From Candidatus Tenderia sp. (GTDB lineage Bacteria > Pseudomonadota > Gammaproteobacteria > Tenderiales > Tenderiaceae): a stretch of DNA of 64,000 nt. Below, piece after piece: positions 28,540 through 40,600 of the stretch (the stretch's first letter is position 1; each line of letters opens with the position of its first letter). The translations under genes and the position numbers were made by a program. Location: contig JANOSY010000045.1 in the NCBI GenBank assembly GCA_031416075.1, forward strand, positions 48,131 to 112,130. The letters are read 5' to 3'. The notes under the pieces were generated by a model. That model made no database searches, was not told the origin of the DNA, and saw nothing but the letters and a program-made list of their open reading frames with translations.

Positions 28540-31392
28540 CTACCATTCGAGGAATGGCTGCATCGCTCTATAAGTATTCTGGTAATTTTTAATTAACGGG
28601 TCTAAATTTAGCGCGATTTCACGATCATCACTGATGAGGTCTCCATCGGTATCTTTATTGGTGGACGATGTTCCTCTGCTCGCTTCATAAATATCGCTAA
28701 GCGTATCATTGTCATCGTCTGTATCTGTGTTATTACCGACACCGTCTTCATCGCTATCCAGCCATTCGCTTTTGTTGCGCGGAAATGGGTCGACAGCGTC
28801 GTTATAGCCGTCACTGTCATCGTCGCTGTCGCATGGATTTACTAATCCATCACTATCGGTGTCAGTCCAATCATCGAGATTGGCTGGCGGCAAGTCTGCC
28901 GGGAAATTGGCAATATTGCATCCAGTCCAATTTCTCAGCGTTAAAAAATCTTGGAAATTTTGTGAACGACCCGTGGCTACTTGAGTGCTGATCACTCTCA
29001 ATCTCATCAAGAGATTACCTCGCGGCAATGTGTTTCCGTCTAAAGTACCTAAGTTCTGTTCTCTGGCTCCACCAGCGCCAGAAAACAGTCTTATCCAGCT
29101 ATTGGCTCTATCACATACAAAAAAGTCGCCACTTTCGGTACAGTAGTCGATATCGTATGTGGTTGATACAGAACTGGGGGCGCTTCCATTGACTGCACTG
29201 CCTGACAAGGTAAAACTCCCCTCAAAACGATTTGCGGAATCGTTAGGATAGTTAAACATAACAGCCACCGGCGAATAGAGCGGATCGCCATAGAAAATTC
29301 CGCTGTTGTGTTGCTCAGCAAACCAAACCGCATCGCCCAACGGCAGGCCCCGCATAAAATAGATTAGTGTCTCAAGCGGGTGTGAAGCAAAGGAGTGGCC
29401 ACCCGACTCATGGTGGGAATCACTACCCCAGAATGCCGTGCCATTTAGCCGGTTAAGAAAATTCGCGGCGTAATCTCCTGGGCTGACCATTTCGTGTCCT
29501 TCGGTAAAACTGCTGTTTTTAACCAACTCATGCCCCTGGCCGACCTGTTTCAAACTGATATCGTCAAACCCAACATCCCCTTCGTAGGTGCCAGTACTGC
29601 TAATAACAAGATAGAGGGCGTTATAGGGCATCTCCTCGTTATCCGCCGGAGGCGTTAAGGTAAACAAGAGTTCACCACTATCAGCCCATTCAAGGCTCTC
29701 TGAAATTTGTGGTGTCACGGTAACCGGTCCAAAAATTACTGTTTTGTCGGTATTGTTTTTATCAATAGCCTGCAGTACCACTTGAATCGCCGAACTCTTA
29801 GTCACCTGCTCAGCGCGCCACCACAACCTTGCTTTAAACTGTTGAGGTTGTGAACTACTTAGCAGCTGTGTTTGCGGCAAACCTACGTACTGCATGAAAT
29901 TGATTCTTTTCTCTTTGTCACATGGACTCGCCGCTGGCCATGTCAGTTCACTACTCACTGCATAACAGTTGGCTGAGAAACGCGCATCGCTATTACGAAA
30001 CCAGAGACTCATTGTGTCACTATGGCCTATATCCGTTCTCACATCGGGCAGAGCTAAGTTTTGCAACTGTACCTGATGTGTTTTCCAATCTGTTGGCCAG
30101 ATCTGAAAGAGCGAAACGGGGAATGATTGGTGATTGTAGCCAATAAAACCATTAGCCACACCTGCGCAACGGGTATCGATCTCTTTCATAATATCAACCG
30201 ATTCTGCACGGCAAACATCGGGATCAGGCGCCAGCTTACAGAGGGGCGTTGAACCCACGTAACAGCTGTCATTTTTACGCCAATTTAAAAAAGCTGAGAA
30301 ATAGCCAATCGTCGCATGGCCATCAAGATGCCCAAAATAAGCTAATGCATCATTGACTTTTGGCTGGCGTGAGGTACTGATTCCAGGAGGTGCATCGCTT
30401 TGCATATCTTCGCCGATACTAAGCTGTACAGTACATTGTGGGGGTGTTTTTCCCGTGCTTTCTGACATGCGCAGATAGTGGGTCGAATTACTATAGTCAG
30501 CGCACGCACTGTCACTCTCAGCAAAAAGACCAAACTGGTAACGCCACGGGTCATGATTAAAGGAATTATTTTTTCGTAAAAGTGCCCCCTCTTTTCCTGT
30601 ATAAATTTCTACGTATGAATCGGGGGAACTCTCCCTGCTATAGTCTTTCCAATTCATACCGGCGGTATGACTGATCAATTTACCAAAGAGACCCGACTGC
30701 TCAGCATCAATGGCGCGATCCACCAGTGCGTTTGCTGCCTCAGCGCTTAAGCCATCGATTCGTCCAATGATAAACTCACGATCAGTGGCTGAATCGGTAA
30801 GGCGCATACCTCGACCATCCGCAAAGGCTTTAGCTCGATTTAGCCGTAATAAATCAAATTTAGTATCCCTATCGAAATAGTTAAGTGTCCAATATCTCAG
30901 GTAGTTGTCTACCGATGTCGGCGCCCATGCATCCATTAGTCCGCTATTGTCGACCACCATCCGCGTGGGTATTCCCTTGGTTGTGACTAAATAGCGGATA
31001 TCGGTGTATGCGCGAATCTGATCCATCGACTCAGGACAATAATATGCAGAGGCATAACCCGCGCAGGAGGCAACCGAGATCCCTGGATGAGCGGTGGTAA
31101 TACGCTGCTGCAAGAAGCGAATAACCTGATCACGAAACAGAGTGAATTGCGTCCAACTAATAAAGTATTCTGGCGGCACGTTGACATGCACGATGTTGTT
31201 TCTGCCGATACCTCGTCGCTCGGCGTAGTGCAAACCGACACTGCACGAATCTTTGGAATTGTCGTTGACGATAATCAACACATCATCGCGCACGCCATTG
31301 GTTGACAAAAACTGATCACAAGCGAAGCTGGATACACTATAAAAAATACTCGCAATGAACCAACTGCCTAATGCAATGAGATGGCGTCGCAT
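28540..31392 (-). CDS. TIGR03790-like secreted protein with C-terminal thrombospondin type-3-like Ca-binding repeats
   Basis: VLIIVNDNSKDS...YAERRGIGRNNI, YLVTTKGIP, GRIDG...ALVDRAIDAE, GLPLGDA...YGDPLYSP; DTDSDG/DSDEDGVGNNTDTDDDND repeats. Confidence 0.7.
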   Translation of the reverse strand: MRRHLIALGSWFIASIFYSVSSFACDQFLSTNGVRDDVLIIVNDNSKDSCSVGLHYAERRGIGRNNIVHVNVPPEYFISWTQFTLFRDQVIRFLQQRITTAHPGISVASCAGYASAYYCPESMDQIRAYTDIRYLVTTKGIPTRMVVDNSGLMDAWAPTSVDNYLRYWTLNYFDRDTKFDLLRLNRAKAFADGRGMRLTDSATDREFIIGRIDGLSAEAANALVDRAIDAEQSGLFGKLISHTAGMNWKDYSRESSPDSYVEIYTGKEGALLRKNNSFNHDPWRYQFGLFAESDSACADYSNSTHYLRMSESTGKTPPQCTVQLSIGEDMQSDAPPGISTSRQPKVNDALAYFGHLDGHATIGYFSAFLNWRKNDSCYVGSTPLCKLAPDPDVCRAESVDIMKEIDTRCAGVANGFIGYNHQSFPVSLFQIWPTDWKTHQVQLQNLALPDVRTDIGHSDTMSLWFRNSDARFSANCYAVSSELTWPAASPCDKEKRINFMQYVGLPQTQLLSSSQPQQFKARLWWRAEQVTKSSAIQVVLQAIDKNNTDKTVIFGPVTVTPQISESLEWADSGELLFTLTPPADNEEMPYNALYLVISSTGTYEGDVGFDDISLKQVGQGHELVKNSSFTEGHEMVSPGDYAANFLNRLNGTAFWGSDSHHESGGHSFASHPLETLIYFMRGLPLGDAVWFAEQHNSGIFYGDPLYSPVAVMFNYPNDSANRFEGSFTLSGSAVNGSAPSSVSTTYDIDYCTESGDFFVCDRANSWIRLFSGAGGAREQNLGTLDGNTLPRGNLLMRLRVISTQVATGRSQNFQDFLTLRNWTGCNIANFPADLPPANLDDWTDTDSDGLVNPCDSDDDSDGYNDAVDPFPRNKSEWLDSDEDGVGNNTDTDDDNDTLSDIYEASRGTSSTNKDTDGDLISDDREIALNLDPLIKNYQNTYRAMQPFLEW

Positions 31393-31427
31393 ATAATCTC
31401 CAGTGCGTATTTTTACGAATACGCAGG

Positions 31428-31472
31428 ATTATGCCCACGTATTATTACTGGAGGAATACACCTATATTAAAC
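31428..31472 (-). promoter_or_regulatory. Triple Pho-box-like repeat plus -10 upstream of TIGR03790-like gene
   Basis: Minus strand GTTTAAT-ATAG-GTGTATT-CCTC-CAGTAAT-N10-CATAAT. Confidence 0.55.
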
Positions 31473-31684
31473 AAATCCATTCGCGAACCCGGCGGCTTGT
31501 TGGGAAATCACCTCATTAGGACCAAAGCGATGGACTGGTTAAAAACGATAGCACACTAAAAATACTCGCCACCTTTCATCGTAATGAGGAAACAGAAAAG
31601 TAGAACACATAGCATTTCATGAGCCGTATCTTGCAGTGTCCTCCGGCATGACCGGGGTTGGACTCTCTCAAAATAGCTTGCTCC

Positions 31685-34600
31685 CTATTGAGCATGTGTA
31701 GTCGCCACACGACCCGCAGGTTTTTCACCCTCTGCCGCCTTGGGTAATACGTCGTCACTTTCCTTTGCCAAACGGCTGCCTTTGCCCTGTTCTCTCGACT
31801 TCTTGTTTTCATCATCCCCTGCAGCGACATCACTGGGTGACATAGCGCCAGCAACACCCGCAGTTGAGGCCCCGCCAAATCCGAGCACCTCTACCTCCAG
31901 GAATGCCAGTGCCGAATCTGCTAATGGTGTGGTGGACTTGGCAGCCGCAGCCAGATCTTCGCCACCACTGCTCGCGTTGCTGGCAGAATTACCCGCGTTA
32001 GCCAATCCAGCCGGGACACTTGGCGGCTCAATGCTCGGAACACCGACCGACTCACCGCCAGCGCTGATATTTCCTGCACCCAATACCGCTGTAGCTGCAA
32101 CCACCAGCGCTCCTGCAGAATCGATCCCAGCATCACTGGCATTCACGACACCGCGAGGTGCGGCCAGCGTGGTGCTACCGGGCTCCCTACCCTTGGTACT
32201 GACGGCAGTCCGGATACCACTGCCAGCAATTGCCGCCGGGAACTCCAGCTTCATTTTGCCCGTTTCGTCAAAAGTGATAATCGGTGGTGGTGCTGCAATC
32301 GCCGACTTGGCGCCACGACCGGCATCGATGTTGCCATGCTGAGACCAGATAACGATATCGCCACCATCCAGAGCGAAGACACGCGACTGATTCACCAACA
32401 TGTCCTTGTCGAGATAGATGTTCACATCACCCGACCGTTGCGCCACGATTCCAAGTTCGCTGGGCTCTTTGTGGAATCCATTGGTGGCCGCCAAACCGGC
32501 ATTAATCAACCCCCCTGGCACCACCATATTGATATCGCCGCCATCGACCGTGTGAATGCGACTGAAGTAGAGGCGGACATCGCCTTTATACATACCATCG
32601 CCAAACAGTGTCGCAATGGCGTCATAGCCACGTTGATAACCGGCGCCATTGCCGCCGGTTGCCGCCTCACGCGCCGACTGACTCAGCCCACCGTAAAAAT
32701 GCATCAAGGCAATTTTGCGTTGCGCCTCCTGTGATAGAGAATCCAATGCAGCAAATACATTATTATCACTTATCTCCTGATTGCCGGTCACTCTCCGCAT
32801 GGCCGTAGCGACCTCGGATCGTGAGTTCCCATCCAATTGAGCATAATGGGTCAGATAAGCCACATAATCCAACGCCTTGCTTATGCCCGCTTCGACCGTA
32901 ACATTGGCGCCGGTTTCGGTGAGCAAGAGATTGCGTGTATTACCAATCGCCACGACCCCTTCTGAGGTACCCAGATCGACATCACGGCCAGCCACCAAGT
33001 TCAACTCGCCTGGGCCGGCCAGTTCAATACCAGCGCTAGCATTGGTAATCAATGAACCATCGGCATCACGACGGCTACTAAACATGATGTCGCGTCCAGC
33101 CTGTAACAATGTCACATCTTCGTCTGTCAAATTCTGAAGGTGTAACTGAAGGTCACGAATATCCTGGCCTGCCACGATGCTTGCCTGCTTAGGCAACTCA
33201 AAGATCAAAATGGACTGCCCGCCACCCGCCGATTCTATGCTGCCCTTACGAGCTACAATATTTACAGGTGCACCATCATCCTTGTGTGCCAACACAGATG
33301 ATGAGCCATCCAGACGTGTTGCTGCATCAGCAAAGGTCTTGGCAGGGTTGGCGATGCTGGGCAACAGTTCCAGATCCGTGTCGCTCATCTTGATAGCGAC
33401 TGCTTCGTTCGTCTCCGTCTTTATATCTTCATCTGCCAACAAAGAGAGACTGCCATGGGGTGACGGGAACAACTTAAAGGATTTGTCGATATATATACTG
33501 CCACGCAATGCCGAGACTTCCAGATCGCCAGGATAAACCGTAACTGCTGTGGACTCATCTCCCTGGAAACTGATGCCTGGATAACCATCTGTCAGCGCAC
33601 TGGTTTCATTGCGCAAAGTGATGTCTCCCGCCAGGCTGTCAAGTTTTATGCCGCTGTCGGGGCCATAGGTAAAGAAAAATGACTGTAACTGACCTCGGCT
33701 TTGTGCTTGTTTGCTACTCGGTGGCAAAGCTGTTGGATTGAGAACTGTTTCTATATTCATACCATTTCTTGCAAGAACATCATAACGGCCTCTCCCGAGC
33801 GCCAGTATCGCACCCACGCCACTATCATCCAGATTCAGCGCCCCCCCGCTACGGAGCCTCCCGGCACCACCGTCCACATAAAACGTACCGCCATTGATAT
33901 CCCCACCAGCCTTGACATTCAAATTACCGCCGCCCAGGAACCGGACTTCGTTATCGAGAAAACCAGCGCTAAAACTACCATTGGCAGGCGTTCCCTGCGG
34001 TTGCCCGGTACCCGGTGCCACCACCGATAACTGCTTGATACTTCCCCCGGCATCAATGGTGACATCGCCTCCACCAAAGGCGGCTATATTTTGCTTGAAC
34101 ATATCGTTATTTGACTTATCTTTGAAGTTCACGCTCCAGGCTGTTGGGAGATTTCCATCACTGCCAAAATTCCCCATGCGGAATAACCAGTCATTAATAA
34201 ACTGGGTTGAGTCGGCACTTAAAATGTCGCCCGCTATCTGGAGATTCACCTCGCCACCGCGAACGGGATAGACCCCCGTAAAGATACCCGGCACCCAGGA
34301 GAGGGGTAAGGTACCGTAGCCGCCTGATTGTCCAGCACTGAAAATTGAGCTTCCCTCACCACTGAAATTCAGAACTCCACCACTTGCCACGGAGATATTT
34401 CCAGACCCCGTGCGAACCTGTACGCCTTCTGCCAGGACAACACCACCCTCACCCTTAACCACAGCCCCCATATCAGCACTGCCCAGATCAGAACCGCCGG
34501 TCAACTGATAGGACCAGGAAGCACTATCGAGCAACCGGCCGTTTACCGAATTATTCTTTACAGGCCCCGATCCATTGCTTGCAGTAGCCCGGATGATCCC

Positions 34601-37600
34601 GGTCTCGATACCATCGCTCAGACCAGCATCAAAATTTAATTTTCCGGCTGCGCGTAGCATCAACATGCCGGGCTCACTATTAAAACGCCAGATCTGTTTC
34701 TTGCCCGCAGTCTTATCGCGCGCCGCAAAATCCCACGCCTTGGATACAGTTAGATCACCCGCGCTGTAGATGTCCACACCCGGTTGAAGATGGAAACGGG
34801 AATCACCTGCCATATTCAGATTCGTAGCGATATCCGCCGCATGTGTCATGTATATCTTGGTGTCGGCAAAGATCTGATTCTGCAGCGCCGAATCAACCTC
34901 AGTCGCTTCATAGCTGCGGAATGCCTGAACTGCAATCGATTCCGCGCCACGAATAGTACCGTCCAATGAACTCACCGCGACGCCAGCGCCTACTCGTGGT
35001 GCACGAATCTCCACCTTGCCACCTACATATTGCAACGCAGCATCTTCGCCCGAACGGGTACCGGAGACATCGATCACCGAAGCATCCGCTTCATTTTCTG
35101 CATCAACAGCTATAACACCGTCGGTGGTGGCAAGGATGACGTGACCACCAGCCTCATCGGAACCCGTCGCCCGTGCATCGATACGAGTGGTTCCATACAA
35201 ATGTACGTCGTCTTTTGCTTGCAGCACTATTTCACCGCCTTTTTCGGCGGCAGAATTGATATGACCGTGTATCTCGATCGCACCATCATCAGCGCTAAAA
35301 CGCACCTGCCGCGCATTGACAGAATCGTCCTCGGCAATTATCAGATCCCCATGGCGCTGACGCAACTTGCGTTCACCACCAAAACCGCTCTCATTGAGCT
35401 TGCGATTGAGCGTCGAGAAATCGGCGACTGAGCCAAGATCAAGTTTGACGATACCTTGATCGGCGCCGTTTTCATCGTGTGCATCCACACTACCTTTCAG
35501 GATCAACTCACCCGACGCTGCGGATACATTCAACGTTCCTGCATCTGCACCTGCCACGCCCTTCAGTAAAATAGTAGCGCCAGAATCCAGAATCACATCA
35601 CCATCAACACTGTGCAATGTTATGGCTCCAGCAGGTGTTGCGACCGTCATGTCGGAAAACTGTTCGATTCTGCCGCTGACATCAATTGCCGCACCAGCGA
35701 TCAGATGAACATCTCCCTTATTAGCCTTCAACCTGAGATCCCCAGACGGAAGTTGAACCGAAGTGCCAAAGGTGACATCACTGCCTTCAAAGCTCAGGCG
35801 CGCACCGAGACCGGCGGGCTCAACCTTCTGAGGGGAGGCCAACGCCAACACCTCCAGCTTGCCGCGCGCGCTGATAGCGCTATCCGAACCTGATTCGGCG
35901 GTGATCACTGCTGTCCGCAACCTCAAATCACCATCAACGTTCAGCGTCTTATCACCGTCATTACTCCGGTCTACGGTGCCTGCAACTCGTACTTGGCGCC
36001 GTGCGGATATATCTGCCGATGCAAAACCATCTATTTTGAACTCCCCCGCACCCAGTAATAAATCATCCGTCGTCACATCCAGATGAGCCGCATCGGTTGC
36101 CGTACTATCACTGGTACTCGCCACATTCTTCAGTTCAAGGATATCAGCCACAATACTGGCAGTGGTTGCTTCCGTACCATGTCCCACCAGCCCGGCCGCC
36201 GCCAGTGTCAGCTGTTTCATGTTCAGATTGACATTGCCGTATAAATCCACCGTTTCACGGCTATTTAATGTCAGTTGATCCATCTGCAAACTACTGAGTT
36301 GTTCCTGCGTCAATACCAGACCCGATGTGCCGACAGGTGCATCGCCAAGGCTGATGTGCTTGGCGCCCAGACTCAGATTTCCACCGTGCATGTCCAGTGT
36401 TCCGCTCATCACGGTATCGTGGCTCGACTCCAGGAACATCGACTGCGCTGCACCAAGCGTGGCGCCGACATCTATCAGCAGATCTCCTTTTACACCCTGT
36501 GCATCAATGCGCTGCGCCTTCAGCGGTGCACCTGCTGAAATCTGCAACAGGGCACCATCACCATGAAGCGTGTAATTGACACCGGCAGCTGCGCCCTTAC
36601 CGCTTGCCACCAATTTCGTGCCTGACTCCACTTTGGTTTCATCACTCGCAGCAAGCAGTAACTCAGGAACAGTGATCTGCGCACCTGATTTCACGGTTAC
36701 TTTGGTCGCTGTCGTGACCAACTCCACCGCATCACCGCTCTCCATGCGATGACCACCCAAGAGGATGCTCTCTGCGCCGAGTGAGTTAAGATTAGCAACT
36801 GTCACTTGCACTGTGCCATCATCCGCACCGCGCTGCGACACAATGGTCAGTTTCTCGGCCTCCAGATCGACGCGTGCGCCCCGGCCATGATCAGCATTTG
36901 CGCGTAACTCACCATCCAGCTGCAATTCATCTGTGACACTGATCGCCACGCGGCCAGCATCTTGCGGCAATAGCGGCACCGGCTGTTTGGCCGCGATAGC
37001 GTGGCGTGCAATAAAGTCATTGGCAAAACTATCCTGATATTCGCTACGGGTACGGGCAATCGCACCTGGCGCCACGGTGTAACCTGACCAACGCGACTCG
37101 CGGATATCAGTGCCTGCCACGGTACGATAACCGCCAACCAGAATACTGCTATCGGTTTGTCTCACTGCGAGATCGGAACCAAAATCCTGTGTGCCTGCCT
37201 GCTTCGTCACCAGATAGGCACCCGGCAATAGCGCATAACGCGCCGGTAACAACAGATAGTCGCCCTCAGCCAACCCGCTGCCTGCAGCAAGGTGAATACT
37301 ATCGCCAGGTTTTATATCAGTTCCGCCAAACTCCAACGGATCATAGGGACCATAACCGCGCAGCCACGGTAAAACGGCATAGGTATTGTCAGAATTTTTC
37401 GGATCCAATACGTCGTGTGAACCACCAGGACCAGCTACAAACTGGTAAGCGTAGAGATCACCGCCACCGGAAACATCGATGGTTGCACCCGCTTGCTGCA
37501 CTACCGAAGGCGCCTGCAAACTTAAATTCTGTGCAGGAAGTGTAGAGTTCTGACCAAACACCCGCTGCCCCCTGTCAGCTACTGGATAAATCCAATCCAG

Positions 37601-40600
37601 GCCATTTTCTGTTCTACCAAAGGGGATGGTCTCTCCACTGGCCGAAGTCGAGGTCAAACTTCCTTTCGCCAGCACCAGAGTATCAGCGGCAATCATCTGA
37701 ATGTCGCCAAACGGCGCCTTCACTACGCCACCTTGATAGATGTTGTCAGCCTTCATGATTAGATTGGAGCCCGCCGACAATACCGGAGCCGGGTCAGCCG
37801 CTGCTACGGGAAGCACACTCAAATTGCCGTCGGAACGGGTTACCTCAATGCTGTACTGCGTTAAGGTGGAGGGATAGAGCTGAGCCGCGCTTAGCTCAAG
37901 ATTGCCGAAACTGTTAAGACTCCCGCGCCACTCGTTGCCATTACCAAGCGGCAACAAACCACGCATCCGGATATCACCCTCACTGTTGAGACTCGCTTGC
38001 TGCCATCCTTGCAGAGTTACATTGCCAATGAGATCGATATGTTGTGCCTCGATTTCGAGCTGACCATCCGCCCCATTCGACTCTGGCTGCACCGCATCGG
38101 CCGCACCGCTGTCGGCCAAAGCCACATACGCCGCCGCAATCCTGGAATCACCTCCGACGTTGTTCAATAGCGGAGCATCGAAGACGACACTGCGTTTGAG
38201 GTCAATGTTCACATGATCAAGATTGATCTGGCCACTTATTCGCGCCCCGTCCCGGTTCAACACCATATCACTGGCACGCAAGGTAAGACTGTCAAAACCA
38301 CCGTCTTCTACTGCGTTTGCGCTCACTACTGCCTGGCCATTCATTGTTCCCGGCAGCGCTGTGCCGGGTTTCCACTTCGCAGGAAGCGCAACGCCCTGAG
38401 CCGCCAACGTAATCACTCGCGGACCTGTTGGAAAATCCAGATAGGGTTGCGGCGGCGTCAATAGGGGATTGCCACGCTTAAGTGCATCCAATGCCACAGA
38501 TAACTCTCCGCCCACCGCACCTGAACCACCGGCATGACCGGTGAGCGTTCCAGAAAGCACCATACCTTCTGCAGCCGTCAACCGGATCGCACCGGCGTTA
38601 CTGGCGATTGTCTGTAATGTTCCGTTGATGGCAGAACCCTGTGACCGCACCAGCAACTCTGCTGCCGTGCCAGACACATCAAGGAGTGAACCCACGTCAG
38701 TAACGATATAGCCATTATCAGCTGTCACATTGATCTGACCACCGGATAAAACTTCACCCATGTTCAGATCAAGTGTGTTGGGCATCAGCTCTACAACGCC
38801 TTGCGCTAGCAGGCGCGCCTGAGAACCCAAATGGATTGCAAGCTCAGGATGGTAGTAAATGTCTTCAGGAAAGATTGTTTTTGGGAGGGAGACTTGCAGA
38901 TCAATCTCCCCGGCGGGTGCCGACAACACACCGTTGATATCGACACCATGATCGGAGGACAAGCTCAGCTTAGCGCCGCTATCGGCCTCGATCCGCGCCC
39001 CCGCCTCAATCTCAAAATGCGCGGGGGTAAAGTTAAACGCCGCTGTCTGACTCAAATTCAAGCTCAAGTCGACAGGACGGCGTCGGTCATCCGGCAACAT
39101 CACTGCCGAACTGAACTCGGAAATGTCGGAACCAGTCGCGCGGCGTAAATAATCACCCTCCAGCATCAAGGTCGATGCTCGCGGCTGCACCACGGTATCA
39201 GCTGCGACAATGATGCCGCCCAGATTGGAAGTGAGCGTATAACTACTAAAACCGCCTTGCTGGAAGAATTCAGGTGTCCGCAGCAATTCACCAGGAAGAT
39301 CACTACCAGACTGACCGATGCGCAAGGTATTCGTTTCGATACTCAGCGTGCCGCCCTTGCCAGCGGCGTAGGCATGGATATCACCCCCCAACTCCATTTC
39401 CGCTCCTGCCTCCAAGGAGACCCGGCTCAGCAATGAAATATCGCCGCCATTGCCCGCAGACAACTTGCCCTTCGCATCAACAAAGGCGCCACCATCTGCT
39501 TCGATGACGCTGCCGGAGGCCAGCTTCAGATCACCTTGTGCATTCAATGCGACCGCCCCGCCGTTTATCAACAACGGCTCTGTGCCAGGGATAACATTGG
39601 TCAAAGAGTAATCGTTTACCCATACACCGCTGACATCAATATACGAGCGTTCACCCATGGTGATCGGTCGATTGACAACATCCTTGGTCTGAATAGTGGC
39701 CAAAGAGACTCTACCTGCCGGTACAGTGATGCTGCCGTCAATACTAACCCCGGAACCGCTAACCTTGAATTCGCCTCCCGCCGGAAGGTTTATGGTCGTT
39801 CCTTCAGGTATGTCCACCGAACCGTTGTGATTCAATATCAAACGACCGACGCCACCCTCTTGCAACAAACGGGGATCGATCGTAATGCTTTTACTTGGAT
39901 CAAGTGCTGTCTCTGGGTCATATGCTTCAGCTGATGCGTGGGCAAATTTCACCGTGGCAGGATCGTACTTTAATCCGCCTTGGCCCAACTTCACGAGATC
40001 CAAATTCAGGGTTCCCAATTCAGGCGAACGCTTCGGATTACGCTGATAGTTACCATACGTAACACCCGCCAGTACATCGCCCTCCAAACGCAACGCGCTT
40101 GAAGTGACATTGAAGGTTCCGGCTGACCTACCCTCGGTATATTTATCTTCGTAATATCCTTGCGCAACGGGACCAGCGATAGTCCATGCCTGCTTCATGC
40201 CCCACTTGGCATCCGTGCGCGTATATTCACCGAGAACACCGTCATAAATCAGATTCGGATCAGCATCGCTGATATCATAAATTTTGCTATCGGAAACCAG
40301 TTTGGTGGTGTTCATCCAACCAGCGTCATAATTCACTTTGCCGCCGGAGATATCCACCTTCGACTCGGGCGCCATAACGAAATCGCCTTCCGAAGCGACA
40401 TTCACTGTTCCACCCACCGCGAGGCGCTCACCCACATCGCGTTTGATCTTGGCAAGTTCGCCGGAAATATCAGCGATTGGAATTTCCTTGCGAATATCGA
40501 TGATCACCTTCTTGCCACGCAACACGCCATCACGCTGCAGGGGAGAGTCCTTGAGTTCGTTGGAGAACAGTTCTAGCTGGATCTCGTTACGATCCATCGC

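Noticed and set aside
31576-31878. 100-aa ORF overlapping the tpsA 3' end
   Set aside because: Alternative frame with no motif or RBS; tpsA ends normally at 31685.
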